Assembly (NCBI GenBank): GCA_038874135.1
Contig: JAVZCZ010000001.1
Span: forward strand, 832,001 to 896,000
Length of the DNA: 64,000 nt
Source of the DNA: Candidatus Woesearchaeota archaeon
Lineage (GTDB): Archaea > Nanobdellota > Nanobdellia > Woesearchaeales > 0-14-0-80-44-23
Direction of reading: 5' to 3'
In this document: piece by piece, positions 9,254 through 19,223 of the stretch
How positions within the stretch are numbered: the first letter of the stretch is position 1
How the letters are laid out: every line of letters starts with the position of its first letter
Translations under genes and position numbers: made by a program
Notes under the pieces: model-generated
Databases searched by the model: none
What the model was told of the DNA's origin: nothing
Seen by the model: only the letters and a program-made list of their open reading frames with translations

Positions 9254-10858
9254 TTAATCCTTCCTCATAATTATTTCAATAACCTCGGCAAAGGCGGGCC
9301 TTGTTATAAGTATTCCTATGGTCAAGCCTACTATTGTAGTTATCGCGAAACCTTTCAGAATGCCCGCCCCGGCAAAGAGCATTGGAAATACTGAGGCAAC
9401 TGATGTGAGATAGTTCCCTGTTATTATGTAAAACGCGTTCTTTATCTTCTCCTTCCAGCTTAGCTTTTTCTTCTCCTCTTTCGCCTCGTAGAGCTCCTCA
9501 TCAGCCATTACTATCTGGTCATCCACATTTGAGCCGACTGCAGCCAGGAGCCCTGCTATAGCAGACAGATCTATGTTCCAGCCTAGCAGTGTCAAGAAGG
9601 CTATTGTGAGGAATATCTCTATAAGTCCTGTAATCATTATCAAGGCGGATATCTTTATCCTACGATAGAAGAGGAAGAGAACTCCTGCGACTCCCACTAT
9701 TGCAACAAAGAAAGTGAGCGCAGTATTCTTCAAGAATTGCTCTCCAAGCGTGGGAGATATTGAAGAAGTTTCCTGCACCTCAAGCTTTACGGGAAGGGAT
9801 CCAGTTACGAGTATCGTCTGAAGGCGCTTCATATTTGCTAAGGCATTATCCTTAGCTTCCTGCATCGTCCTTCCAGAACCGCTTCCAGATATTGCTATGT
9901 CAGTAAACGGCTGGCCCTTAAGCTCAGCTCCTATCCTTAAAGTGTCAACATTCTGGCCGTCAAGGTATAAGTCCAGGCTTTCGTTTAGATATTGTTCTTG
10001 TGATCCAGGCTCGTAAGCTACAGAAAGTTTGGATGTTGCTTCAGCTTGCCTCTTGGCAGCTGCCTGGCTGAGTGTTACTGCAAATCTGAACCTGCAATAC
10101 CAAACCCCTTTTGAATCCTGGCTACAACCTTTAGAAGTGTCTAGACCTGAGCATTCAGCTGTCCTGCACACTCTTACTATGTCGTTTCCTCCCGAGAATA
10201 TTGTTTCATTCCCTATCTTGGCTTCAAATTTTCCCTGCTTGGCTATGAGCTCTCTTATCTCGTCTTCATAGGCTCCTGCTATTTCCACTACGATGTACTG
10301 TTTTCCCTGAAGGTCTGAGACCTTGCTTATAGTTACATCGCTGAGCCCATAAACATTCAGCCTTTCATTCATGCTGTCTATGGTCATGTCTATTTGGTCT
10401 TGAGTTGCGTTCTCTTCAGGTTTTAATATTACTCTTGTTCCGCCCTGAAGGTCCAGCCCCTTTCTTATGTTTGATGTTGGAGCGTCATATACCCTTATTC
10501 CAAGGTCAGGAGCAGCTAAACTTTCATTGTTCTCTGGAACATAAATTAAATATGCGCGCTTGTTGGTAATTATCCTTACACTCGTTCCTGGAAGAACCAG
10601 CTTTTGCGCTTCATAATAGTCCTGAGCGTTTCTTATCTTCTGATTGTTAAACTGAAATATGACCTCTCTAGACATGGGCATAGAGTTTGCTTCAGGACTC
10701 CTCATGCCCGCATTATAGGCAGGACTATTTTCAACTATGCTCCTTATTGCAGCGCCGCTCCTGAAAGGGTTCGGCTGTATAATTATTAGTCCAATGATTA
10801 TAGATGTGATTACTAATAAAACTTTCCAATTGGTAAGTATCTGCCTGACTTTTGACAT
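9254..10858 (-). CDS. secD: Protein translocase subunit SecD (with N-terminal PDZ-like segment)
   Basis: GLDLQGGTRV, TGSLPVKL, SPTLG, VDDQIV, LKGFAITT. Confidence 0.93.
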   Translation of the reverse strand: MSKVRQILTNWKVLLVITSIIIGLIIIQPNPFRSGAAIRSIVENSPAYNAGMRSPEANSMPMSREVIFQFNNQKIRNAQDYYEAQKLVLPGTSVRIITNKRAYLIYVPENNESLAAPDLGIRVYDAPTSNIRKGLDLQGGTRVILKPEENATQDQIDMTIDSMNERLNVYGLSDVTISKVSDLQGKQYIVVEIAGAYEDEIRELIAKQGKFEAKIGNETIFSGGNDIVRVCRTAECSGLDTSKGCSQDSKGVWYCRFRFAVTLSQAAAKRQAEATSKLSVAYEPGSQEQYLNESLDLYLDGQNVDTLRIGAELKGQPFTDIAISGSGSGRTMQEAKDNALANMKRLQTILVTGSLPVKLEVQETSSISPTLGEQFLKNTALTFFVAIVGVAGVLFLFYRRIKISALIMITGLIEIFLTIAFLTLLGWNIDLSAIAGLLAAVGSNVDDQIVMADEELYEAKEEKKKLSWKEKIKNAFYIITGNYLTSVASVFPMLFAGAGILKGFAITTIVGLTIGILITRPAFAEVIEIIMRKD

Positions 10859-10865
10859 GTTTTAA

Positions 10866-11894
10866 TCACTCTGCCTTCTTGTTTGTCTTGCCCTTGCTCT
10901 CAAGATACATTCTGAGTATGCCCACATTCATGAACCAGGTAAATATCATGTCAAAGCATAAGCCTATGAGCATTATGAGCATTATCTGCTTTATCAGTTC
11001 TGATTCTGCTATGAAGTATGCTGCGAGGAGTGCTATTATAGTTGTAAGGGTCATATCCATTCCAGTTCTGAAAGCCAGCATTATGTTCTCATCAAGGGTT
11101 TCATACCTGCCCTTAAGAGCCCTTGCAGTTAGGAGTATGTCAGTTGTTACCGAGTAGCCTATGAGCACGAGCAGTGCGGATATTCCTGCAGTGGACATCC
11201 TCATGTCAAAAATGGATATAACAAATATTGTTCCAACAACATCAAGAAATGCGCACATAACTACAAAGAGAGATGGGATGGGAATTCTGAAATAGAGAAA
11301 TACAGTTAGAGCCATCAGTGCAAACGCTATAACTATTGATACTATGATCTGTCTGAACACTGAAGCTCCCAATGCCGGGCTGACTATCTGGACAGTGTAG
11401 TCTGAATTTTTCAGGTTTGGCATCTCCTGCTCAAGCACCTTTATAATCTGTTCTGCACTAAGTTCTGAACTCTCAATTACCAGTCCAGTAGTTATTCCAG
11501 CACTTTGAAGCTCCCTAACATTAACATCTGTATTTGGATAAACCTTTTGAAGCGCTTCTAATACTGAGCCTCTTCCAATCTCAGATTTGGAAAGCGTGAC
11601 AGCGACTCCACCCTTAAGAGAGATGTCCTTCCGGAAGAGCTCCCCTCTAGCAAGGTATATTCCTGCAATTCCTATAAGGAGCAAAACTGCAAATACAACA
11701 GTGACATAGAAGTTTCTCCTGTAATTTTTTAGATAGGCATTTTTTAGCTTTTCTGAAAGCCCTACCTTAACATGTTCTCTACTATGATGCTTATGCTCCT
11801 CCTCTTTTTTAGACTCAGTTACTATCTCTGCCTCTTTTATCTCTGCTCTTTCAGAGCCTTCTGCCTCGCTCATGGAAAATCTAGAAACCTGCAT
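10866..11894 (-). CDS. secF: Protein translocase subunit SecF
   Basis: DISLKGG, VSPALG, IGYSVTTDILLT; upstream of secD. Confidence 0.92.
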   Translation of the reverse strand: MQVSRFSMSEAEGSERAEIKEAEIVTESKKEEEHKHHSREHVKVGLSEKLKNAYLKNYRRNFYVTVVFAVLLLIGIAGIYLARGELFRKDISLKGGVAVTLSKSEIGRGSVLEALQKVYPNTDVNVRELQSAGITTGLVIESSELSAEQIIKVLEQEMPNLKNSDYTVQIVSPALGASVFRQIIVSIVIAFALMALTVFLYFRIPIPSLFVVMCAFLDVVGTIFVISIFDMRMSTAGISALLVLIGYSVTTDILLTARALKGRYETLDENIMLAFRTGMDMTLTTIIALLAAYFIAESELIKQIMLIMLIGLCFDMIFTWFMNVGILRMYLESKGKTNKKAE

Positions 11895-11920
11895 CCCTTT
11901 ATAAATTTTCTTATAGCTGC

Positions 11921-12292
11921 TTATGGCTCTATAACGCTTCCATCCTCTGAAAGAGCAACTATGCGCATAGAAAGTCCAAGCTTGAGCACTGCCGAGATTA
12001 GTGCAGTATGCTCCCTACCTTCCCCAGAGATTAGGCAGACCCCCACTTCTAAGTCGGGAATCTTTCCATCTAGGAAACTTACTATCTTTTCAGACATCTC
12101 TCTTATGCTTCCCTCAAAGTTTAGCACCAAGAATTCTGTTTCCTTATCGCTCTTTATCCTCTTTTCATAATTCTGCCTGCCAAACTCATTGGTAACTAGA
12201 AAAACCTTGTCCCAAGGCTCCTTCCTAATTATCTCTCCAAGGGCAGCCCAGCTTCCCCTTCCGCTGCCTAGCACAGCTACCAGAGAGGTCAT
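11921..12292 (-). CDS. Hypothetical protein, possible stand-alone CARF-like Rossmann domain
   Basis: LVAVLGSG, DKVFLV and VCLISGEGRE pattern resembles CARF strands 1, 2 and 4. Confidence 0.55.
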   Translation of the reverse strand: MTSLVAVLGSGRGSWAALGEIIRKEPWDKVFLVTNEFGRQNYEKRIKSDKETEFLVLNFEGSIREMSEKIVSFLDGKIPDLEVGVCLISGEGREHTALISAVLKLGLSMRIVALSEDGSVIEP

Positions 12293-12303
12293 ACAGATTC
12301 CCT

Positions 12304-12783
12304 TTAATCTTCACTTATTTTAAGAACCTTGACTTTAAAGTTTAGCGACTTTCCAGCCAGGGGATGGTTAAAATCCAGAAGTGCAGTTTCCTTCTTCACT
12401 TCCAAAACCTGAGCGTAAAGCCTTCTACCTTGCATGTTGAACATTATCCGCATCCCCCTTTCAGGTTTGAGCTTTCCCTCAAATAAGGCTAGCGGAATCT
12501 CCTGAATGAGGTTTTCATTTCTAAAACCATACGCCTGCTCGGGCTTTAAATGAATCTCCTTCTCAGAGTTCAGATGCATTCCTCTAATTGCCTTCTCAAA
12601 ATCTGGAAGGAGCTCTCCCTCTCCCATCTTGAATACAAGCGGGTTACCATCCTGGCTTCTATCAAAAACTTCCCCATCCTCTAAAGTTCCGATATAACTT
12701 ATTGCAACCCTGCTATGCTCTCCAACAACTTCTTCATTCACACTTGGACTTACGCCCTTTTCCTTACTGATTTTTTTTGCCAT
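12304..12783 (-). CDS. slyD: FKBP-type peptidyl-prolyl isomerase (SlyD-like)
   Basis: YIGTLEDGEVFD, PEQAYG, LDFNHPLAGKSLNF; probable start MAKK at 12783. Confidence 0.93.
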   Translation of the reverse strand: MAKKISKEKGVSPSVNEEVVGEHSRVAISYIGTLEDGEVFDRSQDGNPLVFKMGEGELLPDFEKAIRGMHLNSEKEIHLKPEQAYGFRNENLIQEIPLALFEGKLKPERGMRIMFNMQGRRLYAQVLEVKKETALLDFNHPLAGKSLNFKVKVLKISED

Positions 12784-12828
12784 TTTCAATAAACAATCCA
12801 ACTCCTAATTATAAATCTTGTGTATTTG

Positions 12829-12848
12829 AAAGTGAAGGTTCTGTTAAC
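12829..12848 (+). repeat. Left target-site duplication plus left terminal inverted repeat
   Basis: AAAGTGAA|GGTTCTGTTAAC. Confidence 0.85.
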
Positions 12849-12859
12849 AAATGGATTAC

Positions 12860-13786
12860 TCATTTATTTAGAACCTCTGTAAGCTTTACTTGCTTCCTCT
12901 TTTCTAACAACTCATTGATTCTTTTTTCAGCAAGTTTCACATATTCCTTATTAATATCATATCCGACAAATCGACGGTTACTCATTAATGCTGCAACAGC
13001 AGTACTTCCACTTCCGATAAATGGGTCTAAAACTACATCATTTTCAAAAGTATAAAGTTTAATGCATCTTAATGGTAGTTCAACAGGAAAAGGAGCAGGA
13101 TGCCCTACTCTTTTTGCCGATTCTGCTCCAAAAGTCCAGACACTTTTTGTCAATTCTAAAAATTCATCTTTAGTCATTGTTGCCGGTTGGTCATCGTGAT
13201 TGAATCTTGAAAATGTTTCTTTTGAAAAAACCAAAATGTATTCGTGAATATCCCTTAACACAGGATTTTTTGCAGATAACCAACTGCCCCATGCAGTAGA
13301 TGGGCTTGCTGTTGATGCTTTATTCCAAATTATTTCCCCTCGCATTAAAAAACCAAGTTTCTGCATATCTTCAATAATAAAAGAATGAAGTGGGATATAC
13401 GGCTTTCTACCCAAGTTAGCTATATTTATGCAGGCTCTCCCTCCGGGAACAAGAACACGATAAACTTCTTTCCATACTCTTATTAAAAATTCTCTATATT
13501 CACTCAAAGATAAATTTTCATCATACTCTTTGCCAACATTGTAAGGGGGAGAAGTAACCATTAAATGAACACTATTATCTGGCAATTCTTCCATTTTCTC
13601 GCTGGATTTACAAAATACATGATTTATATTTTTATCACTTATTTTATTTTCTACAAAAATGACCTTATCTTTCTCTGTCGATAATCCTTCATAAAGTCGG
13701 CTATTATAAAATTTAGATGAATCATGGTTCATTCTACCCGGAGAGCCGAATTTGCTGGTTTCTGTACCGTTTTTTCTATTTACCAT
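12860..13786 (-). CDS. Site-specific DNA methyltransferase (N4-C/N6-A, beta class)
   Basis: VTSPPY precedes HPAPFP and DPFIGSGST. Confidence 0.93.
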   Translation of the reverse strand: MVNRKNGTETSKFGSPGRMNHDSSKFYNSRLYEGLSTEKDKVIFVENKISDKNINHVFCKSSEKMEELPDNSVHLMVTSPPYNVGKEYDENLSLSEYREFLIRVWKEVYRVLVPGGRACINIANLGRKPYIPLHSFIIEDMQKLGFLMRGEIIWNKASTASPSTAWGSWLSAKNPVLRDIHEYILVFSKETFSRFNHDDQPATMTKDEFLELTKSVWTFGAESAKRVGHPAPFPVELPLRCIKLYTFENDVVLDPFIGSGSTAVAALMSNRRFVGYDINKEYVKLAEKRINELLEKRKQVKLTEVLNK

Positions 13787-13804
13787 TTATTTCCCTCATC
13801 AAAT

Positions 13805-14671
13805 TTAGGAATTTTTCTGCTTTTTTTCGTAAGTATTTTCTTTATTAGCAATCTCAATGAATTTACCCAATTCATTCTTTGATCTCATGCCCGCAAAGAA
13901 CATCATATCTTCTTTTAGCAAAGCTAAAAGTTGAGTTTTGAAATCTAAATAAGAATCAAATCTCAAAAATCCTTTTCCTTTTGTTGCTTTTACATTATCG
14001 CCGTTGTTGTCTAATGGCGCAGGATTTAATGACCAGAACCCTTGTATAATCCCATAATTCTTTAAATTATCAACTTTAGAATAATAACTTTTCATTACAG
14101 GAGTATTACCTAAAACAATTATTGGTATTTTTGCTGATTCCAAAGAGGAAATTCTAACAGTTATGCTTTTTCCAATTGCTTTTAGCATACTATCTGAACG
14201 CAATAATCCCGGATTTCCTTGATGTGTCTTAAAGTCACCTAAACATTTTAATGAATATTTGGAATCATTTTTTAGAAGCTCCCAATTCCAAACAATAGAC
14301 ATCTTCACCTCAAAAATAGCTATAATATCTTGTGGTCTCTGAACAACCGAATCTGTTTTGCAAATTGCGACATCAGCAGGAGAACCTTTTGTAAGCTCCA
14401 ATTCTTCACAAACTACATTCCTAACAGCATATGCATTCAAATCTTTAGCAACATCTTTTAGAAGTTCAACCGACCATTTTTCTGTATATGCTCCAATAAA
14501 AGCGTTTCTGCTCTGCAAAGTAGTTTTAGGTCCTTTGTAATTTTTCGGCCAATAGGCATAATATTTCTTGTTTTTTGTAGTGTAAAATAATTGCTCGGGA
14601 GAAGCAACTTCTAAAGATTTTGTGAAAAAATCGATTTCTTGTTCTTTTGTCCATAATTTTTTATCTAGCAT
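13805..14671 (-). CDS. Putative type II restriction endonuclease (PD-(D/E)xK), C-terminus possibly frameshifted
   Basis: PADVAI...IFEVK catalytic pattern; directly upstream of the MTase. Confidence 0.75.
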   Translation of the reverse strand: MLDKKLWTKEQEIDFFTKSLEVASPEQLFYTTKNKKYYAYWPKNYKGPKTTLQSRNAFIGAYTEKWSVELLKDVAKDLNAYAVRNVVCEELELTKGSPADVAICKTDSVVQRPQDIIAIFEVKMSIVWNWELLKNDSKYSLKCLGDFKTHQGNPGLLRSDSMLKAIGKSITVRISSLESAKIPIIVLGNTPVMKSYYSKVDNLKNYGIIQGFWSLNPAPLDNNGDNVKATKGKGFLRFDSYLDFKTQLLALLKEDMMFFAGMRSKNELGKFIEIANKENTYEKKQKNS

Positions 14672-14819
14672 TTTTCTTACCTTCCCTTTTTATCTCCTCG
14701 ACCATAAAGTTCTCAAATTGCTTTGATACAATCAAACCTTTTTGGTCACAAATATTTTTATAATCCTCATAAGTTTTAGCATCAACGCTTAATGTAATAG
14801 TTCTTTTTCCGTTACCCAT
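14661..14819 (-). CDS. Small ribbon-helix-helix-like regulator (52 aa), not in ORF track
   Basis: MGNGKRTITLSVDAKTYEDYKNICDQKGLIVSKQFENFMVEEIKREGKKNAR; overlaps REase start; TATA-like TTTATAAA upstream. Confidence 0.7.
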   Translation of the reverse strand: MGNGKRTITLSVDAKTYEDYKNICDQKGLIVSKQFENFMVEEIKREGKKNAR

Positions 14820-14944
14820 ATTAACCCCTCAATAAATAAACATATTTAAACATATTTATAAACTTTACCTCAAAACTGCGGCAACAACGAATTTTCGCCT
14901 TCGGTATCGTTGCACTAAAATTTTGTCTTCCCTTCTGTCAGAGA

Positions 14945-15103
14945 GCATAACAGCGATTTAATAGTTCTCAGGGTCGGCTTCGCCTAAAACGCCAAGCGTT
15001 TTCCCCTGCTCTCTCAAATTGAAATTTTGGAGGTCGCTCGGCTGGGTTGCCTGCCTCGCTCCAACTCTCAAAATTCAACTTCGTTAAATTCCGTAAGTTA
15101 AGT
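14945..15103 (+). repeat. attC-like imperfect palindrome (copy 1)
   Basis: GCATAAC...GTTAAGT ends, ATTTAA/TTAAAT and AGTT/AACT inner arms, internal hairpin; right arm shared with 24892-24923. Confidence 0.45.
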
Positions 15104-15286
15104 GAAATAAAAAATGGGTTGCGGGAGTGCCTTCGGCAAAGATTGTCTCGCCTTGCGCGGATATTATAAAACTGATTTTTTCGTTTCCTAACTTTATAGG
15201 ACAGGGCGGTATTTAAACGAAAAGATTAGTAAATTGAGGAAAAAACTTATAAATATGATGATAGGTATCGAAACACGGATGATAAA

Positions 15287-16810
15287 ATGAAGAACAACGG
15301 AGCAAATTTAGGTTTTGAACAAAAACTCTGGCAGGCGGCAGACAAGCTGAGAAGCGACATGGATGCTGCAGAATACAAGCACGTTGTTTTGGGATTAATT
15401 TTCTTAAAATACATTTCTGACTCATTTAAAGAAGTTTATGACGAATTGAAAAAAGATCCAGAAGCTGATCCAGAAGATGTTGATGAATATATTGCAAGAA
15501 GAGTTTTCTGGGTTCCAAAAGAAGCGAGATGGGATTATTTGCAAGCCAATGCAAAAAAACCAGAGATAGGTGAATTAATAGATCATGCAATGGATATTAT
15601 CGAAAGAGACAATCCATCGTTAAAAGGTGTTCTTCCAAAGATTTATGCACGGCCAGCACTAAGTAAACAGCGTCTTGGAGAACTCATAGACATAATCGGC
15701 ACTATTGGTTTAGGTGATAAAGAAAATAAGAGCAAAGATATTCTAGGCAGGGTTTACGAATATTTTCTTGGACAATTTGCGGATGCAGAAGGAAAGAAAG
15801 GTGGTCAGTTCTACACACCGAAATGTATTGTAAAATTACTTGTTGAAATGCTTGAGCCATACAATGGCAGGATATTTGATCCTTGTTGCGGCTCAGGAGG
15901 AATGTTTGTTCAATCAGAAAAATTTGTTGAAGCTCATGGCGGCAAAATAGGAGATATTTCAATTTATGGCCAAGAAAGTAATCAAACAACATGGCGTTTA
16001 TGCAAAATGAATCTTGCAATAAGAAGAATAGATGCAAACATAAAATGGGGCAATTCATTCCATGATGATCAGTTTAAAGATTTAAAAGCTGATTTTATTC
16101 TTGCTAATCCTCCTTTTAACGATTCAGACTGGCGCGGCGAGTTGTTGCAGGAAGATGTGAGATGGAAATATGGTATTCCTCCAAAAGGAAATGCTAATTT
16201 TGCATGGGTTCAGCATTTCATCCATCATTTATCGCCAACAGGGACAGCAGGGTTTGTTCTTGCTAATGGCTCTTTAAGTTCAATGACCTCTAATGAAGGT
16301 GAGATAAGAAAAAATATTGTTAAAGCGGATTTAGTAGATTGCATTGTTGCTCTGCCATCTCAACTTTTCTATAACACAATGATTCCTGCTTGTCTATGGT
16401 TTGTTTCTCGCGATAAAAAAGACAACAAGTTCAAAGATAGACGAGGAAAGATTCTGTTTATTGATGCAAGAAAAATGGGTGTAATGATCGATAGAAGACA
16501 TAGAGAATTAACAGATGAGGAAATAAAGAAAATTGCTGATACTTATCATGCATGGCGTGGAGAAAATAACCTTGAATATAAGGATATTCCCGGCTTTTGT
16601 AAATCTGCCTCATTAGAAGAAGTTGAAAAAAACAATTTTATCTTAACACCAGGCAGATATGTCGGCTTTGAAGAGCAAGAAGAGCCGGAAGAAGTTTTTG
16701 AAGAAAAAATGAAAAAACTAACAGCAGAGCTAAAACAACAAATGGAAGAAAGCAAAAAGCTCGACGAAGAAATAAAAAAGAATTTGGAGAGGTTGGGGTG
16801 GAGGGTTTAG
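15287..16810 (+). CDS. hsdM: Type I R-M modification subunit
   Basis: [39 protein letters not shown]. Confidence 0.97.
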   Translation: MKNNGANLGFEQKLWQAADKLRSDMDAAEYKHVVLGLIFLKYISDSFKEVYDELKKDPEADPEDVDEYIARRVFWVPKEARWDYLQANAKKPEIGELIDHAMDIIERDNPSLKGVLPKIYARPALSKQRLGELIDIIGTIGLGDKENKSKDILGRVYEYFLGQFADAEGKKGGQFYTPKCIVKLLVEMLEPYNGRIFDPCCGSGGMFVQSEKFVEAHGGKIGDISIYGQESNQTTWRLCKMNLAIRRIDANIKWGNSFHDDQFKDLKADFILANPPFNDSDWRGELLQEDVRWKYGIPPKGNANFAWVQHFIHHLSPTGTAGFVLANGSLSSMTSNEGEIRKNIVKADLVDCIVALPSQLFYNTMIPACLWFVSRDKKDNKFKDRRGKILFIDARKMGVMIDRRHRELTDEEIKKIADTYHAWRGENNLEYKDIPGFCKSASLEEVEKNNFILTPGRYVGFEEQEEPEEVFEEKMKKLTAELKQQMEESKKLDEEIKKNLERLGWRV

Positions 16811-16813
16811 AAG

Positions 16814-17947
16814 ATGATGTATAGAATAAGAAAATATCTAGCTTATAAACAATTCATCCCAACAAAAAAAGATTTAGATTGTGAAAAATTAAAGGAGTTG
16901 ACAAATCAGTTAAAAACAAAAACCTTTGACGAAACTTTAGTTAATATTGCTGAATGGCAAGACAGAAATATAAAATACTGGGATGAAAGAGGAGGCATAA
17001 TTAATTATATACTTATCGTTTCTATAACTATTTTGTCAATAATTATAGGCAATATAAATAATTTTGCTTATTTTTTGTTACTGCTAATACCTTTTTTGAT
17101 AATTGGAAAAGAAACTTTAAACATAATTTTCAATATAATAATTTTAGGCGTATCTCTTTTGTTGCCTTTTGTTTTTTTAATTTTAACTATTCCTTCAATA
17201 ACAATAAGTTCAAATTTTCTAATTTTATTTATTGCATTATCCTTTATTTTGGGTGCGTTTATATCTTCAATTTTGAGTATCTATTTTAAGTATCGTAATA
17301 TCAAAAGGTTTATTCCAGATTTTGACATGGGGGATACTTTTAAATTAAGCTTACCTGTAGAAAAAATATTAAAATATCGACTTTCAATATGTAGAGATTA
17401 TGCAAAATTAACAGCTGCTCTACTTTTAAGCATTTATCCAAAAAACGAAGTTTATTTTTTATTAATACCTTCTCATGTTGCGGTTGGTATTAAAAAAGAC
17501 AATAATATATTTGTTATAGATCAGAAACTACCTATTTTAACATTCAATAGCTGGAAAGAAAAATGGAAAAAAAGATTTAATAAAAAAAGATTAAATATAG
17601 AAATATTTAAGATTTATTTAAAAAATAAAGATATTGAAATTCAACCAATCAAAGAAAAAAATATTATTGAACAAAAAACTATTTTAGATATTAAAAAATT
17701 AAATAAAAATTTATCCAGTCTCTTAAACATAGATGAAGTCAAAGAAAAAAAGAAACCGAGTTTAGAAATACCTATTAAAAATATATTACCCCTAATTCAA
17801 AATGAAGAATTAATTGAAAAATCTTTATTTGAATTTATAAAAAACAAAATCGAAGATGAATTAGTAGGAAATATAAAAAATTTGAAGGGCATTCATTTAG
17901 AAAAAAGAAATGATGACTTGATAATAAAATTATGGTTAAAAATATGA
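16814..17947 (+). CDS. Membrane protein with transglutaminase-like (Cys-His-Asp) domain
   Basis: Hydrophobic helices then ICRDYAKL, HVAVGI, VIDQ. Confidence 0.7.
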   Translation: MMYRIRKYLAYKQFIPTKKDLDCEKLKELTNQLKTKTFDETLVNIAEWQDRNIKYWDERGGIINYILIVSITILSIIIGNINNFAYFLLLLIPFLIIGKETLNIIFNIIILGVSLLLPFVFLILTIPSITISSNFLILFIALSFILGAFISSILSIYFKYRNIKRFIPDFDMGDTFKLSLPVEKILKYRLSICRDYAKLTAALLLSIYPKNEVYFLLIPSHVAVGIKKDNNIFVIDQKLPILTFNSWKEKWKKRFNKKRLNIEIFKIYLKNKDIEIQPIKEKNIIEQKTILDIKKLNKNLSSLLNIDEVKEKKKPSLEIPIKNILPLIQNEELIEKSLFEFIKNKIEDELVGNIKNLKGIHLEKRNDDLIIKLWLKI

Positions 17948-19170
17948 AACCCCAAAAACCCAAATTCAAACAAACCGAAATCGGAATGATTCCTGAGGAT
18001 TGGGAAGAAACAACAATTGGGGTTATCTGCAATATTAAAAATGGTAAAACTAACACGCAGGATGCTGTAGAGGATGGAGAATACCCTTTATTTGATCGTT
18101 CAGCGCAAATTAAACGAAGTAACAAATTTATATTTGATTGTGAAGCAATAATTGTGCCTGGTGAAGGAAAAGAATTTCTACCACGATATTTTGAAGGGAA
18201 ATTTGATTTACACCAAAGATCTTATGCTATTTGGAAAAAAGAAAATGTTAATCTAAAGTTTGTTTATTATTGGATTCTTAAAAATAGAGATTATCTCTCT
18301 AGAGTTGCTGTTGGTTCTACTGTTAGATCTCTAAGAATTGGTCATTTACAAAGTTTTCCATTAGGTTTACCTCCCCTCCCCGAGCAACGAGCAATTGCAA
18401 AAATTCTTTCTGACCTTGACTCTAAAATAGAACTATTACAAAAAATGAACAAAACACTTGAAACAATCGGCCAGGCAATTTTCAAGCACTGGTTTGTTGA
18501 TTTTGAGTTTCCAAACGAGGAAGGCAAGCCTTACAAGTCATCAGGTGGCGAGATGGTTTATAATGAAGAATTAGGCAAAGAAATACCGAAGGGATGGAGG
18601 GTTGGAGAATTAGGAAAATTTATAGAGTTTGTAAAAGGAAAAAAACCGAAAGTTGTTTTTAATACTGATAAAGAAGGATTACCACAAATACTAATAGACG
18701 TCCTAGAAGGAGGAAAACCTGCTTTTGTAGATCCAAAAGACATGATTATCTGCAATGAAGAAGATATTATTATGGTTATGGATGGGGCAAGCTCTGGAAG
18801 AATAGAAAGAGGATTTAGTGGTGTTTTAGGTTCCACTCTTGCAAAAATAAAAATAAAAGAATTAAATCAAGATTATATTTATTATTTACTGAAGAATAAG
18901 GAACAAGAAATTAAAGAAAATACTACTGGGACTTCCATTCCACATGCAGATAAAAAGAAAATAGAAAAATTTCTTATTGTTATACCGCCAAAAAAAGTTC
19001 TGGATATTTTTAAAAATAAAATCCTTTTAAAACAAATCGCATTAAAAAAAGAGATTAAAACCCTCTCCCAACTCCGCGATTCTCTCCTTCCTAAACTTAT
19101 ATCTGGCAAAATAAGAGTGCCTGCTGAGATGATAAAAGAGATGGAAAAGGAGATTGAAAAATCTACTTAA
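17932..19170 (+). CDS. hsdS: Type I R-M specificity subunit
   Basis: FKQTEIGMIPEDW, PPLPEQRAIA, EIPKGW, LRDSLLPKLISG; two TRDs; start may be 17944. Confidence 0.95.
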   Translation: MVKNMKPQKPKFKQTEIGMIPEDWEETTIGVICNIKNGKTNTQDAVEDGEYPLFDRSAQIKRSNKFIFDCEAIIVPGEGKEFLPRYFEGKFDLHQRSYAIWKKENVNLKFVYYWILKNRDYLSRVAVGSTVRSLRIGHLQSFPLGLPPLPEQRAIAKILSDLDSKIELLQKMNKTLETIGQAIFKHWFVDFEFPNEEGKPYKSSGGEMVYNEELGKEIPKGWRVGELGKFIEFVKGKKPKVVFNTDKEGLPQILIDVLEGGKPAFVDPKDMIICNEEDIIMVMDGASSGRIERGFSGVLGSTLAKIKIKELNQDYIYYLLKNKEQEIKENTTGTSIPHADKKKIEKFLIVIPPKKVLDIFKNKILLKQIALKKEIKTLSQLRDSLLPKLISGKIRVPAEMIKEMEKEIEKST

Positions 19171-19185
19171 AAGGAAAGATTTAAA

Positions 19186-19223
19186 TATTAACTAAAGTTA
19201 ATATATATTAACTATGGTTAATA
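19186..19223 (+). promoter_or_regulatory. Tandem palindromic operators TATTAAC-N4-GTTAATA
   Basis: Copies at 19186-19203 and 19206-19223, overlapping the TATA box end and the ATG of the wHTH-NTase gene. Confidence 0.7.
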
